Positions 10,948 through 22,111 of a stretch of DNA of 64,000 bases are shown here, one piece after another. The stretch comes from Antedon mediterranea (lineage: Eukaryota; Animalia; Echinodermata), in assembly GCF_964355755.1 (NCBI RefSeq), contig NC_092673.1, positions 25,355,648 to 25,419,647 on the forward strand, given 5' to 3'. The stretch's first letter is position 1. Every line of letters starts with the position of its first letter. A program made the translations under genes and the position numbers. The notes beneath the pieces were generated by a model that was not told where the DNA came from, did no database searches, and was given only the letters and a program-made list of their open reading frames with translations.

Positions 10948-13900
10948 TTTTGATTTGATTTGATTTATTTCGGCATCAGTACATAAAATATCACAGACAT
11001 ACAATTAAAATTGACAAATATAAAAATACCAATATAAAACAAGGATGCCAAGGATAACTCATAAAAGTCCTCTACGGACTTGTTTCCAATGAGGTCCTTT
11101 GAAAGAACATCAAAAAAGACAAACAAAGCAACATAAAAAAAATGACAAAAAACAGCAAAAAGGACAATCGAAAAAAGAAGAAGCGCTAATTAATTAGTTT
11201 CTAGAGCTAGTGAACGTTCCTGTAGATACTTTTTAACTTTACTTTTAAAACAACAAACAGTTTGTGATTCCTTAATGTTAATTGGTAAATTATTCCATTC
11301 TTTAATAGCATTGTAAAAAAAGGTCACATGTGCCATTGGCTTGATAGTTGGGATTCTAAAATTAAAATTGCATCCCCTAGTATTGTAGTTATGACTGTCT
11401 GAAATTCTAATAAAACGATTGCATAAATAAGGTGGACAACAATGATTATATGTTTTAAAAACATGACAGACTCTAAGAAATTCGACACGGTCTTGGACTT
11501 TTAACATACCAACGTCGTTTAGCTGAGATTGACCAACATGAGATCGGGGACCTAACTTTTTTATAAAACGAACCATTTTGTTTTGAGTCGTTTGTAATTT
11601 TGATTTTAAATTTTTATTTACCGTAGAAGACCATGAGCAAACCGAATAATCGAACATCGGTTGGATTAAAGCAAAACTAAGAATTTTGCGACAATGCGAA
11701 TTAAGAAATGATGATTGTCGGTACAGAAATTTCAGTCTGCCGTTTGCTTTGTTTATAACAGAGCGGGCAATGACGTCACCTGATACATTTTGGTCAATCT
11801 CAATACCTAGATATTTGATAGATTTTGATCCATTTATAGTCGTTCCAAAGCAATCAATATAGAATTCGTTTACTTTGCTTAATCTACGTTTAGAACCAAA
11901 CAGGATGCATTCGGTCTTACCCATATGAAGCGAAAGTTGATTGTCGATCAGCCAATTATTGCATGATACGAGATTGTTTTGGAGTTTAGATTGGATTGCG
12001 ATTGGATCTTTATGGGAGTAAAAAATTGCACAATCGTCAGCGTACAAAACAACTTTACATTCACTTTCGATACTAGATGGTAGGTCATTCACGTAAATAA
12101 GAAACAAGAGAGGACCCAAAAGGCTACCCTGGGGGACTCCACATCCAATCTCAATAGAGTTCGATTTGGTACCTTTAATATCGACAATCTGATTTCGCCC
12201 AGACAGGTACGCTTGAAACCAACCGATAGACCGGCATCCTAGATACTTAAGTTTTTTACACAAAATATCATGATTGACCGAGTCAAAGGCCTTTTGGACA
12301 TCGAGTAAAACCATACCCGTAAATAAACCATTTGACATTTGAACTCTAAGGTGATCTCTAAGATGGATAAGACATGTGTCGGTAGAAAATGATCTACGAA
12401 AACCGGATTGATGATCGTAGATAAGTTGATTCCTTTCAAGGTAATCGGAAACTTGTATATATACCACCTTCTCCAGAATTTTCGAAACTGAGGAGAGAAT
12501 GCTTATAGGTCTGTAATTGTTAGCCTCAGTTCTGGAATTCTTTTTATGAAGGGGCGTGACTTTTGCGAGTTTAAAATCCGAGGGAATACGTTCGTATTTA
12601 ATGGAGAGGTTAATTATATGTGTTATTGGTATTTTAATATTAGGAGCTCCGTCTCTAAGAAATTTTGCAGGAATCTGATCAAGGCCTACACTTTTAGATG
12701 GGTTGAGATTTCTCAATTCCTCTTCGATAAGGCTCTCGTCAATTTCTTCGAGAGAAAAACCAGAAACATGTTTGATTTTGCTATTATAGTAATTTTTAAA
12801 GGCATTCGAACCCACACTAAAAAGGTTACTGGGAGAAGGCAATTTCTTCATTAAATCGGAAGCAATATTTGCGAAGTATTTATTGAAATAATTTGAAACT
12901 TCGCTTTCATTATGGCAAAGATTCCCATTAACATCTAACGAAACAGTGCTACCCTTTTGTGGCTTATTTTTATATCCCAAATCTTTAAGGCATTTCCAGA
13001 GTTTATTGGGATTATTTTTGTTAACTTCTACCTTATTTAAAAAACATTCAGATTTTGCTTTCTTTATGTCCTTTTGTATGCGATTACGTAACTTACGAAA
13101 TGCATCGTAAAGGTCTGGCCTATTTGGGTTATTCTTGAACTTATTTAATAGCGAGTCTCTTTCTTTTATGGCACTTAATATTTCCGGTGTCATCCACTCT
13201 TCAGATTTTTGTTTTAGGCGCACCTGTTTGAGAGGAGCCATTCTGTTTATAAGAGACAAAAAAATTTTTTTAAAAGAGCACCAGGCAAAGTCCACATCTG
13301 ATGAATCGAGAACAGGCGACCAATCAGATTGTGTCAATTGCTCATTAAAAATATTAACATCGTAGTTCTTAAGTGAACGAATTTTGATAGTTTTATGTTG
13401 GTTAAATTTATATTTTAAAGATTTACGAGTACAAAACGTTAGGCTGTGGTCACTAATGCCTACATGGATGACACCCGATTGCAAAATTTTTTGCGAATGG
13501 TTACATATGATAATATCTAAAACTGTTGATGTATACTTAGTAATTCGAGTTGGTTCCTTTATCAGATGGGTAAAGCTAAAAGTTTCAAGAGTTGTTTCTA
13601 ACATTTTGTATATTGATGCAGATTCATTTTTCAAATTAATATTGAAGTCACCAAGGACAATAACTTCGACATCTGGTCGAATAGCAGCCAATATATTTTC
13701 AAACGAGTCAATACATAGCTTATATGATTGACTTGGTGGACGATAAATTGATCCAACAACAATAGGACGCGTCCTCGGAAGCAAAATTTCCATCCAAATT
13801 GATTCAATACTTTCAGAATCCAGGTCCCGGCGTTCGCGTATAGATAGTCTTTCCTTGACAAAAAAACAAACACCTCCTCCAGACCGATTTCGATCTCGAC

Positions 13901-14755
13901 GGAAAACGTTGTATCCTTCAATGTTGAGCTCCGCATCAGGAACAGTATTATCCAACATAGTTTCACATATAGAGATAACGGCTGCATTGGTTTTTATTGC
14001 GAGTAGGCGGAGTTCAGACATCTTTGGCAGTATTGACCTTACGTTAAGATGAATGAAGTGAAGGCCCTTTTCTTTAAAAACATTGAAGTCTTCCTCCACA
14101 TTGAGATGGATTCCGGGTCCCGGGTTTGGAGAAATATCACCACATTTAAGCAAGATAGCAAAGAGTAAGCCTTTCCCTCTAAGATCAAAAGATCGCGTTG
14201 CTCGAAAAATAGCTCGTGTTGAGCTCGTCTGTATCCGTCCACGTTACAAAATACAATTGTAAGCGTATCCACAATTCAATCAAATGGAATTCCAAGAATT
14301 CAGCAACCCAATGGTATATCAAATACCGATACAGTTAATGTTAAAAAGTGAAAATAGAAACATCAAAAAACGATTCATCCGATAAAATAACAGAAAAGTT
14401 ATCCACCAAAAGGCTTCGTCGGAAAATGTTAATCTTTGGTTATGTACATTTTTTCCTGGTTTCAGGTGTGAGAAGTCAAATACGCTTACCTTGCTGAAAC
14501 CGTAGACTAATAAAGCGTTGATTATCCACCAAATGGCTTCGTTGTGTAGTTGAAGTACTACGATGCGAAGAGAAAAACGCAATTAAAAGGCCATTAATCC
14601 ACCAATTGGTTTCGTTGTTTTACTTAGGCTTAGGGAGTGCCCCTGAGCCACCAATGCGAAGTGGTTAAAAATTCTGTTTGCCCCGGTATAGCCTAGACTG
14701 CTCGGGTACTTTTGAGGCCTAGAGAGAGGTCCGAGTAAACACAACCGCTCACGAC
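10948..14755 (-). mobile_element. CR1-group LINE (L2/Crack/Daphne-like)
   Basis: APE-RT ORF and (AATCA)n 3' tail at 10948-10970. The 5' boundary is approximate. Confidence 0.88.
11190..14153 (-). CDS. LINE ORF2: APE endonuclease plus reverse transcriptase, with an N-terminal 2A-like peptide
   Basis: 987-aa uninterrupted ORF with HLNVRS, GDFN, SDH, GVPQGS and YADD. Begins LLKCGDISPNPGP. Confidence 0.95.
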   Translation of the reverse strand: MLKCGDISPNPGPGIHLNVEEDFNVFKEKGLHFIHLNVRSILPKMSELRLLAIKTNAAVISICETMLDNTVPDAELNIEGYNVFRRDRNRSGGGVCFFVKERLSIRERRDLDSESIESIWMEILLPRTRPIVVGSIYRPPSQSYKLCIDSFENILAAIRPDVEVIVLGDFNINLKNESASIYKMLETTLETFSFTHLIKEPTRITKYTSTVLDIIICNHSQKILQSGVIHVGISDHSLTFCTRKSLKYKFNQHKTIKIRSLKNYDVNIFNEQLTQSDWSPVLDSSDVDFAWCSFKKIFLSLINRMAPLKQVRLKQKSEEWMTPEILSAIKERDSLLNKFKNNPNRPDLYDAFRKLRNRIQKDIKKAKSECFLNKVEVNKNNPNKLWKCLKDLGYKNKPQKGSTVSLDVNGNLCHNESEVSNYFNKYFANIASDLMKKLPSPSNLFSVGSNAFKNYYNSKIKHVSGFSLEEIDESLIEEELRNLNPSKSVGLDQIPAKFLRDGAPNIKIPITHIINLSIKYERIPSDFKLAKVTPLHKKNSRTEANNYRPISILSSVSKILEKVVYIQVSDYLERNQLIYDHQSGFRRSFSTDTCLIHLRDHLRVQMSNGLFTGMVLLDVQKAFDSVNHDILCKKLKYLGCRSIGWFQAYLSGRNQIVDIKGTKSNSIEIGCGVPQGSLLGPLLFLIYVNDLPSSIESECKVVLYADDCAIFYSHKDPIAIQSKLQNNLVSCNNWLIDNQLSLHMGKTECILFGSKRRLSKVNEFYIDCFGTTINGSKSIKYLGIEIDQNVSGDVIARSVINKANGRLKFLYRQSSFLNSHCRKILSFALIQPMFDYSVCSWSSTVNKNLKSKLQTTQNKMVRFIKKLGPRSHVGQSQLNDVGMLKVQDRVEFLRVCHVFKTYNHCCPPYLCNRFIRISDSHNYNTRGCNFNFRIPTIKPMAHVTFFYNAIKEWNNLPINIKESQTVCCFKSKVKKYLQERSLALETN

Positions 14756-17700
14756 GAAGTTTAATTCACAGTTAGTGAATAATACAGCATTGTCCTTTAG
14801 TAAAGTTTTTGAACCTATAAAAGCCAACTATTTAGGGTTTTATTTGTGTTTCTTAATAGAATATTATATTTTGAAACTATTCAGTGTCAACAATGAAGAG
14901 TTCATTCATTATGAAATAACGCGTAATTAAAAGGGAAAAAATCGTTTAGTTTTATTATTATCCATAAATATATCATTATCATGCATTATATTATAAATTA
15001 ATTATTGTGATGCCTAACGTAACCCATGCAGAGAAAAGCGTTAAATATAATAACCAAGAAATAGGAATGACCAATTTGATGACAATAGGCAATTTTAGGC
15101 GTTTTCTTTAAAATCAAAACCTGTGCCATACCATATTATTCACGCCAAGGTGTAACCCACAAATATTTGAATAACCAAACAATTCAGAATAAAGAACCAC
15201 TTTATTCTGATGCAAGACAATATATTATTACAGGCGAGGTTTAGGCGTTTTCTCTGTAACATACTATTGTTTTGTTTCTTAATATAATTATATTGGCCTC
15301 CTCCTGAAACTGTATGAATGGGATGGGAGTTGCGAGAATATGCGAGCGAACAGCCAACATTTAAATCAGTTTACAGTGTGATGCTTTTCAAAACGCGCAA
15401 CGTTTTCAACGCGTTCAACGCTATGGGATTCAATTGTTTAACGTCGTCAATGAACGGTCAATGGGTTCAACACATTCAACACGCTCTATTGTTAACGTAT
15501 TCAAAACGCTTTTTGTACTTAAAAATGTAATGTTGTTCGATTTATAAAGATTTAAATTGGTTCATGGGTGTCGGACACGTCAAATTTTTTAGTTCTTTCA
15601 AATTACATTACAACAAACAATGGGACAATTATAAAATAAAAACCAAAATAGAGAAACAATATTTTAACTTTATCTCTTGAATCTCGAACAGCTAAAAAAT
15701 GTAGGCCTAAATAAAATTAATTACTTCGTCGTCATTAACGATCGTTAAATACGTCATAACACACGTGGTGTTTTTCTTGAGGAAACCAGGGTGGCGGCCT
15801 CGTGTGTTGATGTCAGTAATTTCCACGTTGTTTGATTTTACGACGTGAGATCGTGTTTTCCCCCGGAAGGCCTACAGTACAGTGTTAACTGTTAGACTTG
15901 GCATCGACCTTATTATTCGATGTTTTCCTTCACTAAACACTGGGAAATATCACTGTGTGTTTTACTTGGTAACTGTCCGTTCAATACTTAAAAATATATC
16001 TAAGCTTCATATATATTTTTTATTTATATTAAAATATCTGGTAGTGACTGCCGATAGGTATTTTGCCTGTTGTTGTTACTGATCGTTCAGGCGTGCAATC
16101 GGCCAGTCTAGCGCTGCAGCAGCTAGCGTTGAAATAACTAATTGTTTACTTGACATGCTGATAATGACTTTCGTTGAATAAACAACTAAACGTTGAAAGC
16201 CGTTCAACGCAACGCAAACACAACGCAACGACAACGTGTTGAATGCGTTGGGATTTTTGCAATAATCCTGTACTGTATCCCAATGAAGCGGATTTTCGTT
16301 ACCGCGATTTTAACACGTTCGTGAAATTTCAAAAAGTGACGTGTCTTTGAAGTTAAAAATATACTATTTCTGATATACACATGTGAATAAAAATTATATG
16401 TCTGGAAAGATCTTGTTTAAGGGATTATTTTCATATATTTTTAATCTATGTTTATTCAATATTTTAATAGAAAACGCGAGTTAAAAATGAGGTACAAAAG
16501 CCGGCGAGCCGAAATCCGCGCGCTAAAAATAACTTTGGAAAACACCTACCCATTTTCAAAACACGATCGCACGAGGTCCATAATAGGTGGTGGAGTAATT
16601 TTTGTTGCATGTTATCAGGCTTTAAATACTATTTATTTTGATATGTAAATCGGTTATTATTATTATGTACATCCGCCTCAAATGTCAATTTTAACGATAA
16701 AAATTGAATTTTTTAGTCTTTTTCATTATCAAAATCTGGCTAATTTAGTATTGAATGGAAGCTAATTTATATTTCTGTTTGATAAACCACATCGTTTTAT
16801 TTGACTTTGCGTGGACCTCGTGCGAAGAGGCCAACAAGACCAACCACTGAAAAAAATAATCCCTACCATAAATATCAGTGTTTACCATTTTCCTTACGGG
16901 GGGGGGGGGGGATTCAGTTCTCCGCTTATTACTAAATTACCGTCGCCCAGACAATGTGCATGGTATGCATGTATTAGCGCGTTAATTAATGATAGGATAA
17001 CCCCTGCAGTGGACTGTTCCATTTTCTGAACTAGTCTTCGCCGCACACGAGGCATGTCGAAAAATGTCGCCTCTCATGGAATATTTGCTTCGAAACGTCA
17101 ATTTTACCGATTTATTAAATTATTTAATAAGTGGCATATTTATAAATCTACTATATAAAGCAAGTACGTTAGGAAGAAATGTACCGAAGAAATTTAAGAA
17201 GCTTTGATTTTGCTATGCAGCGGCCGTAAGCCATTCTATGTAGGCGGCCGAAACGCGCTTTGGCCTGTGTTGCCGTTGTATGTCTACGCTGTTTCTAGGC
17301 CTAAATTTTATTCCGTATATTTCAATTCAAAGTGCAACTTTCGGTTAGAATAATCGAAAGGGAAATAAAATTAAACATGTTACAATTATACCATTGAGGT
17401 AATTACTTTGTTAAATAAAAAATTTCTTCCCGATATTTCTTAGGCAGAATTTAGCGTCAGGCTTTTAGACCTTACTAGGGGCCTATATAACTTAACTTGT
17501 AGTAGGCGCGGCCGAGTCTACGTTCGGCCCGGCGCTCCAAATGGAATCGAACACATAATAAGCACGGGCTTAATTCTTATTTTTGGCGGTTCGAAAATCA
17601 ATTAAAATAATATATGATTATAAATATAACTTTAAATACTAGAATTATTAAAAAAATGTATACTTACGAAAAATAATATTTAATGAAAAGAAACAATACC

Positions 17701-18285
17701 CACACAGTTTTTTAACGCAATATTTTTTTTTTTCACATTTTAACATTTTTTAACAATATTTTATGTTGTATTTCAGAATTACCTTACCTGTCAATATAAA
17801 TAACCTTACTAAAATACATATTACATTTTATGCAATGCAAAAAAAAAGAAGTTAATTCACACATTGGTTCAAAAGTTATGAATCATTTAAAGACAGGAAC
17901 TTTTTGGGCATTTTTGAGACATTGGGAAAATCACGCGTAAAAAGCCCTCGGACGAATTTTGTAGGGCGATATCTAAAAAAAAAAATGTCGAGGACACCCA
18001 ACTCTGTTGTATCTATGGGTTTGGAAAAAATAAGAACTTTAAAATTATTAGTATAAAAGTTATAACCCTTCAAAAATGGGTTCAAATATAATTAGAAAAA
18101 GTGCCATTTTTCAAGCAAAAATCACTGTTTTTTGGGCACTTTAACGGACCATAACTTTTGAATGGATAATCCGATTTCAATCATTTAAATTGCAAAAGTT
18201 TATGTTCAGTAAGTTCCTTCTGATTAACTGAAAGAAAAAGTACCATCATTAATTTGAATTTTTACATTGGGATACCTAGAGATAG

Positions 18286-18675
18286 CTTGTAACATGTTTG
18301 GTAAAAGCATAGGTGTAAATAAAGCAGCTAAGTCAAGTAAGGCAAATGATGAGAAGCCTAAGGCTAATTCTAACTTTGTTAAATCCAAACCATTAAAATG
18401 TTTCTCGTGTGATGGTGAACATAGGTTGTTCGATTGTGAAGAGTTTAAGAAAATGTCGTATGATGAGAGACTGAATGTCGTGAAGACCAAAAGGTTGTGT
18501 TTCAGATGCCTTTTTCCTGGCCGTCCCATTGCGAAATGCAAGAGAGATACTGTATGTTCATCCTGTAAATCCAACAAACACCATAATCTTCTGCATAACC
18601 CGGACCATTCAGTAAATAATAACGCAGCCATTTGTGGCAGCCAAGTATTCCTGAGAATGCTTCCTGTCAAGGTTA
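18286..18675 (+). CDS. gag: BEL gag C-terminus (three zinc knuckles) and start of a deleted protease
   Basis: CFSCDGEHRLFDC, CFRCLFPGRPIAKC and CSSCKSNKHHNLLH, followed by VFLRMLPVKV. Confidence 0.9.
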
Positions 18676-18726
18676 CCGCCGCCCAAAGATCCATATGGGA
18701 TTAGAACGCCCCTTGGATGGTCGGTA

Positions 18727-21700
18727 ATGGGACCTGGTGGTTCTGGCGTATTTCACAAGAAATTGTCCAATAACAATAGAATATCTTGCTGCTCAAACGA
18801 GGACATTCTGCTACACCTTAAACAAAGCTGGTCAGTGGACGATCCCATCAATGGGGAGGGTGAGTCCGTTGAGGATGGTAAGGCTAAGGCTATAATGGAT
18901 GCTACTGTCTTGCGAACGAAAGATGGTCATTATCAGTTGGGCCTTCTATGGAAGGATGTTAATTGTTCTTTACCCTCAAATAAGTTACTAGCAGAGACTA
19001 GATTATCCAGCTTAAAACGAAAGCTGGAGAAAAATAAAGACTTGCTACATGAATATGCCAAAACAGTAGATGGGTACATTGAGAAGGGATACGCAGAGCC
19101 GGTGTTTACCGAAGGGCCATCCGGAAAGACATGGCACCTACCCCATCACCCAGTAGTCCATCCCCAAAAGGGAAAGTTGAGAGTAGTTTTCGATTGCGCT
19201 GCAAAATGGAGAGGTATCTCCTTGAATGAATGCCTAATGAAAGGTCCAGACACAATCAATAGCTTAGTTGGAGTTTTGCTCCGTTTCAGGCAGGAGCGTA
19301 TAGCCTTAGTGGCTGACGTGGAAGCTATGTTTCATCAGGCTAAGGTGATTCCTGAAGATAGGGATGTTCTAAGGTTTTTATGGTGGCCTGGAGGAAAGTT
19401 AGATGGTCCTCCAAGCACGTACAGAATGGCGGTTCACTTGTTTGGTGCTACTTCAAGCCCTGCTTGTGCAGGATATGCTTTGCAGCGGGCAGCTGACAAC
19501 AGTCAGAAAATAAATGATGATGTTATTGGCAATCAGGTGATTATGGCAATCAAAAATGATTTTTATGTGGACGATCTCTTGACTTCAACGAGTCATGAAG
19601 ATGTTGCAGTGAACTTTGTAGATCGCCTTAGGCGCACCTTGAAGGAGGCTGGGTTTAAGCTTGCCAAGTGGTTTAGCAATAGTCGTAGTGTGCTGAATAC
19701 TATCCCCGCTTCAGAGCGAGCTCCTACCATCACAAACATCAATGAATTGCCCACAGAAAGAACCCTTGGTGTCTGTTGGGACGCTGAAATTGACAAATTC
19801 AAATTTAAAGTCTCACTTCAAGAGAAACCCTTTACTAGGCGTGGGTTATTATCTTCAGCTAGCCAGATTTTTGATCCCTTAGGCTTTGGTGCCCCATTTA
19901 TTCTTATAGCACGGTCACTCCTGCAGTCTGTTTGCAGAAAAGGTTGCGACTGGGATGAGCAGTTGTCGGTCGATGAACTCAGTAGATGGAAGGAATGGCT
20001 TAGTCAGGTTCCTTCTCTTTCCAAGGTAGAAATCCCGAGGTGGATTAGGTTGGATGAGTCAAAATCGGTGGAACTTCACATATTTTGTGATGCATCAATG
20101 GTAGGGTATGCTGCAGTAGCATACTTGAGAGTTGTTGATATCGATGGTGTTGTAAGATGTTTGTTTGTTCTTGGCAAGGCGCGAGTCAGCCCCATGAAGT
20201 CAGTATCAATTCCCAGACTGGAATTAATGGCCGCTATTCTTGCTACATCATTAAGTACCACCATCACCACTGAGTTACGATTTGGTCTGGGTGAATGCAC
20301 ATATTGGACAGACTCAATGATAGTTCTTGGCTACATCCAAAATGAAACACGACGCTTTAAAACATTTGTTGCCAACAGAGTGTCGAAAATTCGAGACATA
20401 TCTTCCCCTCAACAATGGAGACATGTGGGCTCTAAACAGAACCCAGCAGATGATGGATCTAGGGGTACTTTCGATTTAGGCAAATGGCTTTCAGGCCCTG
20501 AATTTTTGTTAACAAATAGTAGTAAGTGGCCTACTTCAAGTGAAGGGGTCGTTTTACCTTTGGACCCTGAAGTTAAGAAATCTGTATCGACCTTTCATAC
20601 CTTTGTCATTCCCTCTGATATGCTAGAACGACTAATAGGAAAGTTCTCTTCACTAATGAAGTTAGTCAAAGTGTTTGCTTGGATACGTAGTTTCATAAAC
20701 AATTGTAGACGTATAAGGCCCATGTGTGTCGGAGGTCTGTCAGTCTCTGAGCTCGACGCTAGTGAGTCGATTTTAGTTTCCTATTCGCAGAAATCGGAAT
20801 TTAAATCGTGGCAAGGTGATCAGAGATTGGTCAAATTGAAACCTGTTCTGCTCAGTGACCTTCTTAGAGTTGGAGGTCGACTTGACAATTCAGACTTAAG
20901 TTTTAATGCAAAACACCCCATTATTCTGTCTCCAAAGGGTCCACTTACTAATCTGATTATAAGGTACTATCACGAGTCTGTTGGTCATGGAGGATTAGCT
21001 ATGACCTTAAATGCTATTCGCCAGAAGTTTTGGCTAGTGAATGGTAGGTCTACGGTTAAGGGAAGGTTGAGTAAATGTGTTGTTTGTCGCAAGTTGCTTG
21101 CCAGGCCGGCAGAGCAGGAGATGGCGAGACTGCCATTGGAAAGAGTTTCCGCCGACAAACCCCCTTTTTGTTTTGTGGGCGTTGATTATTTTGGACCTAT
21201 CGAGATCAAACGTGGTCGATCACTTGTGAAAAGGTACGGTTGTATCTTCACCTGCTTGGCTTCTAGAGCAGTTCATTTGGAGGTTTCTGCGTCTTTAGAT
21301 ACAGATTCTTTCCTTAACGCATTCCGTCGCTTTGTTGCGAGGCGAGGAGAACCAGAGAAAGTTTTTAGTGACAATGGAACAAATTTCCAAGCAGGAGAAA
21401 AAGAGCTGCGTCAAGCTCTTCGATCCATGAACGATGGTAAGATTGAGTCTTTCTTCCACAACAGAGGTTGCGAGTGGCACTTCAATCCGCCCTCGGCGAG
21501 TCACTATGGTGGAGCCTGGGAAAGGCTAATTAGGTCGGTAAGAAGAATACTTTATGGTATTCTTGGCCAACAGACCGTGAATGAAGAGGTGTTGACTACT
21601 GTGTTTACAGAAGTAGAGTCAATCTTGAATTCCCGACCTTTAACTGATGTATCATTTGACCCCAAAGATGATTACCCAATTACCCCTAATCATCTTATTT

Positions 21701-22065
21701 TGTTAAGACAAGGCCCTGGTGCTCCAGTGAGTCAGGGAGTTTCTAATTCCTTTGGAAGGAGAAGATGGCTGCAGGTGCAGCACTTGGCTTCTACCTTTTG
21801 GCTTAGATGGCGAAAGGAGTATTTGCCTCTCCTTCAAAAAAGGCAAAAATGGACCACACCCCGAGATAATGTCATGGAAGGAGATATTGTCCTTCTTACA
21901 GACGAGACTGTTCCTCGTGGTAAATGGCCTTTGGGAAAGGTGACATCTGTGCGTAAGAGTAGTGATGGAAAGGTGAGAAGTGTGGAAGTGAAAGTAAGAG
22001 GTAAACAGTTAAGAAGACCAATAACTAAGTTATGCATTGTCTACAGGAGTCAGTTAGCAATGTAA
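18727..22065 (+). CDS. pol: BEL pol: reverse transcriptase, RNase H, integrase
   Basis: LRVVFD, FYVDD, LHIFCDAS, HHCC, GVDYFGP, SDNGTNF, WERL and GKWPLG. Confidence 0.97.
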   Translation: MGPGGSGVFHKKLSNNNRISCCSNEDILLHLKQSWSVDDPINGEGESVEDGKAKAIMDATVLRTKDGHYQLGLLWKDVNCSLPSNKLLAETRLSSLKRKLEKNKDLLHEYAKTVDGYIEKGYAEPVFTEGPSGKTWHLPHHPVVHPQKGKLRVVFDCAAKWRGISLNECLMKGPDTINSLVGVLLRFRQERIALVADVEAMFHQAKVIPEDRDVLRFLWWPGGKLDGPPSTYRMAVHLFGATSSPACAGYALQRAADNSQKINDDVIGNQVIMAIKNDFYVDDLLTSTSHEDVAVNFVDRLRRTLKEAGFKLAKWFSNSRSVLNTIPASERAPTITNINELPTERTLGVCWDAEIDKFKFKVSLQEKPFTRRGLLSSASQIFDPLGFGAPFILIARSLLQSVCRKGCDWDEQLSVDELSRWKEWLSQVPSLSKVEIPRWIRLDESKSVELHIFCDASMVGYAAVAYLRVVDIDGVVRCLFVLGKARVSPMKSVSIPRLELMAAILATSLSTTITTELRFGLGECTYWTDSMIVLGYIQNETRRFKTFVANRVSKIRDISSPQQWRHVGSKQNPADDGSRGTFDLGKWLSGPEFLLTNSSKWPTSSEGVVLPLDPEVKKSVSTFHTFVIPSDMLERLIGKFSSLMKLVKVFAWIRSFINNCRRIRPMCVGGLSVSELDASESILVSYSQKSEFKSWQGDQRLVKLKPVLLSDLLRVGGRLDNSDLSFNAKHPIILSPKGPLTNLIIRYYHESVGHGGLAMTLNAIRQKFWLVNGRSTVKGRLSKCVVCRKLLARPAEQEMARLPLERVSADKPPFCFVGVDYFGPIEIKRGRSLVKRYGCIFTCLASRAVHLEVSASLDTDSFLNAFRRFVARRGEPEKVFSDNGTNFQAGEKELRQALRSMNDGKIESFFHNRGCEWHFNPPSASHYGGAWERLIRSVRRILYGILGQQTVNEEVLTTVFTEVESILNSRPLTDVSFDPKDDYPITPNHLILLRQGPGAPVSQGVSNSFGRRRWLQVQHLASTFWLRWRKEYLPLLQKRQKWTTPRDNVMEGDIVLLTDETVPRGKWPLGKVTSVRKSSDGKVRSVEVKVRGKQLRRPITKLCIVYRSQLAM

Positions 22066-22111
22066 TAGAGATTTAATGTATGTGTAAAATTTAAGATTTT
22101 ACAGAGGGGAG

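Larger units (their letters stand above)
10280..16275. mobile_element. Non-autonomous TA-TSD element (Tc1/mariner-like termini)
   Basis: CAGTAC...GTACTG ends, imperfect TIRs (ATTATTGCA..AACGCATTCAAC), TA duplicated at 10278-10279 and 16276-16277. Confidence 0.82.
10274..18278. mobile_element. Non-autonomous DNA transposon with TAG termini and 7-bp TSD (hATw-like); about 2 kb of its own sequence
   Basis: GAGATAG at 10267-10273 and 18279-18285. The left TIR TAGGTA|TCCCAATG is split by a nested insertion. The right TIR is CATTGGGATACCTA. Confidence 0.85.

Noticed and set aside
12239-22037. Short antisense or overlapping ORFs within the LINE and BEL pol
   Set aside because: Expected shadow ORFs of long coding regions with no recognisable motifs.
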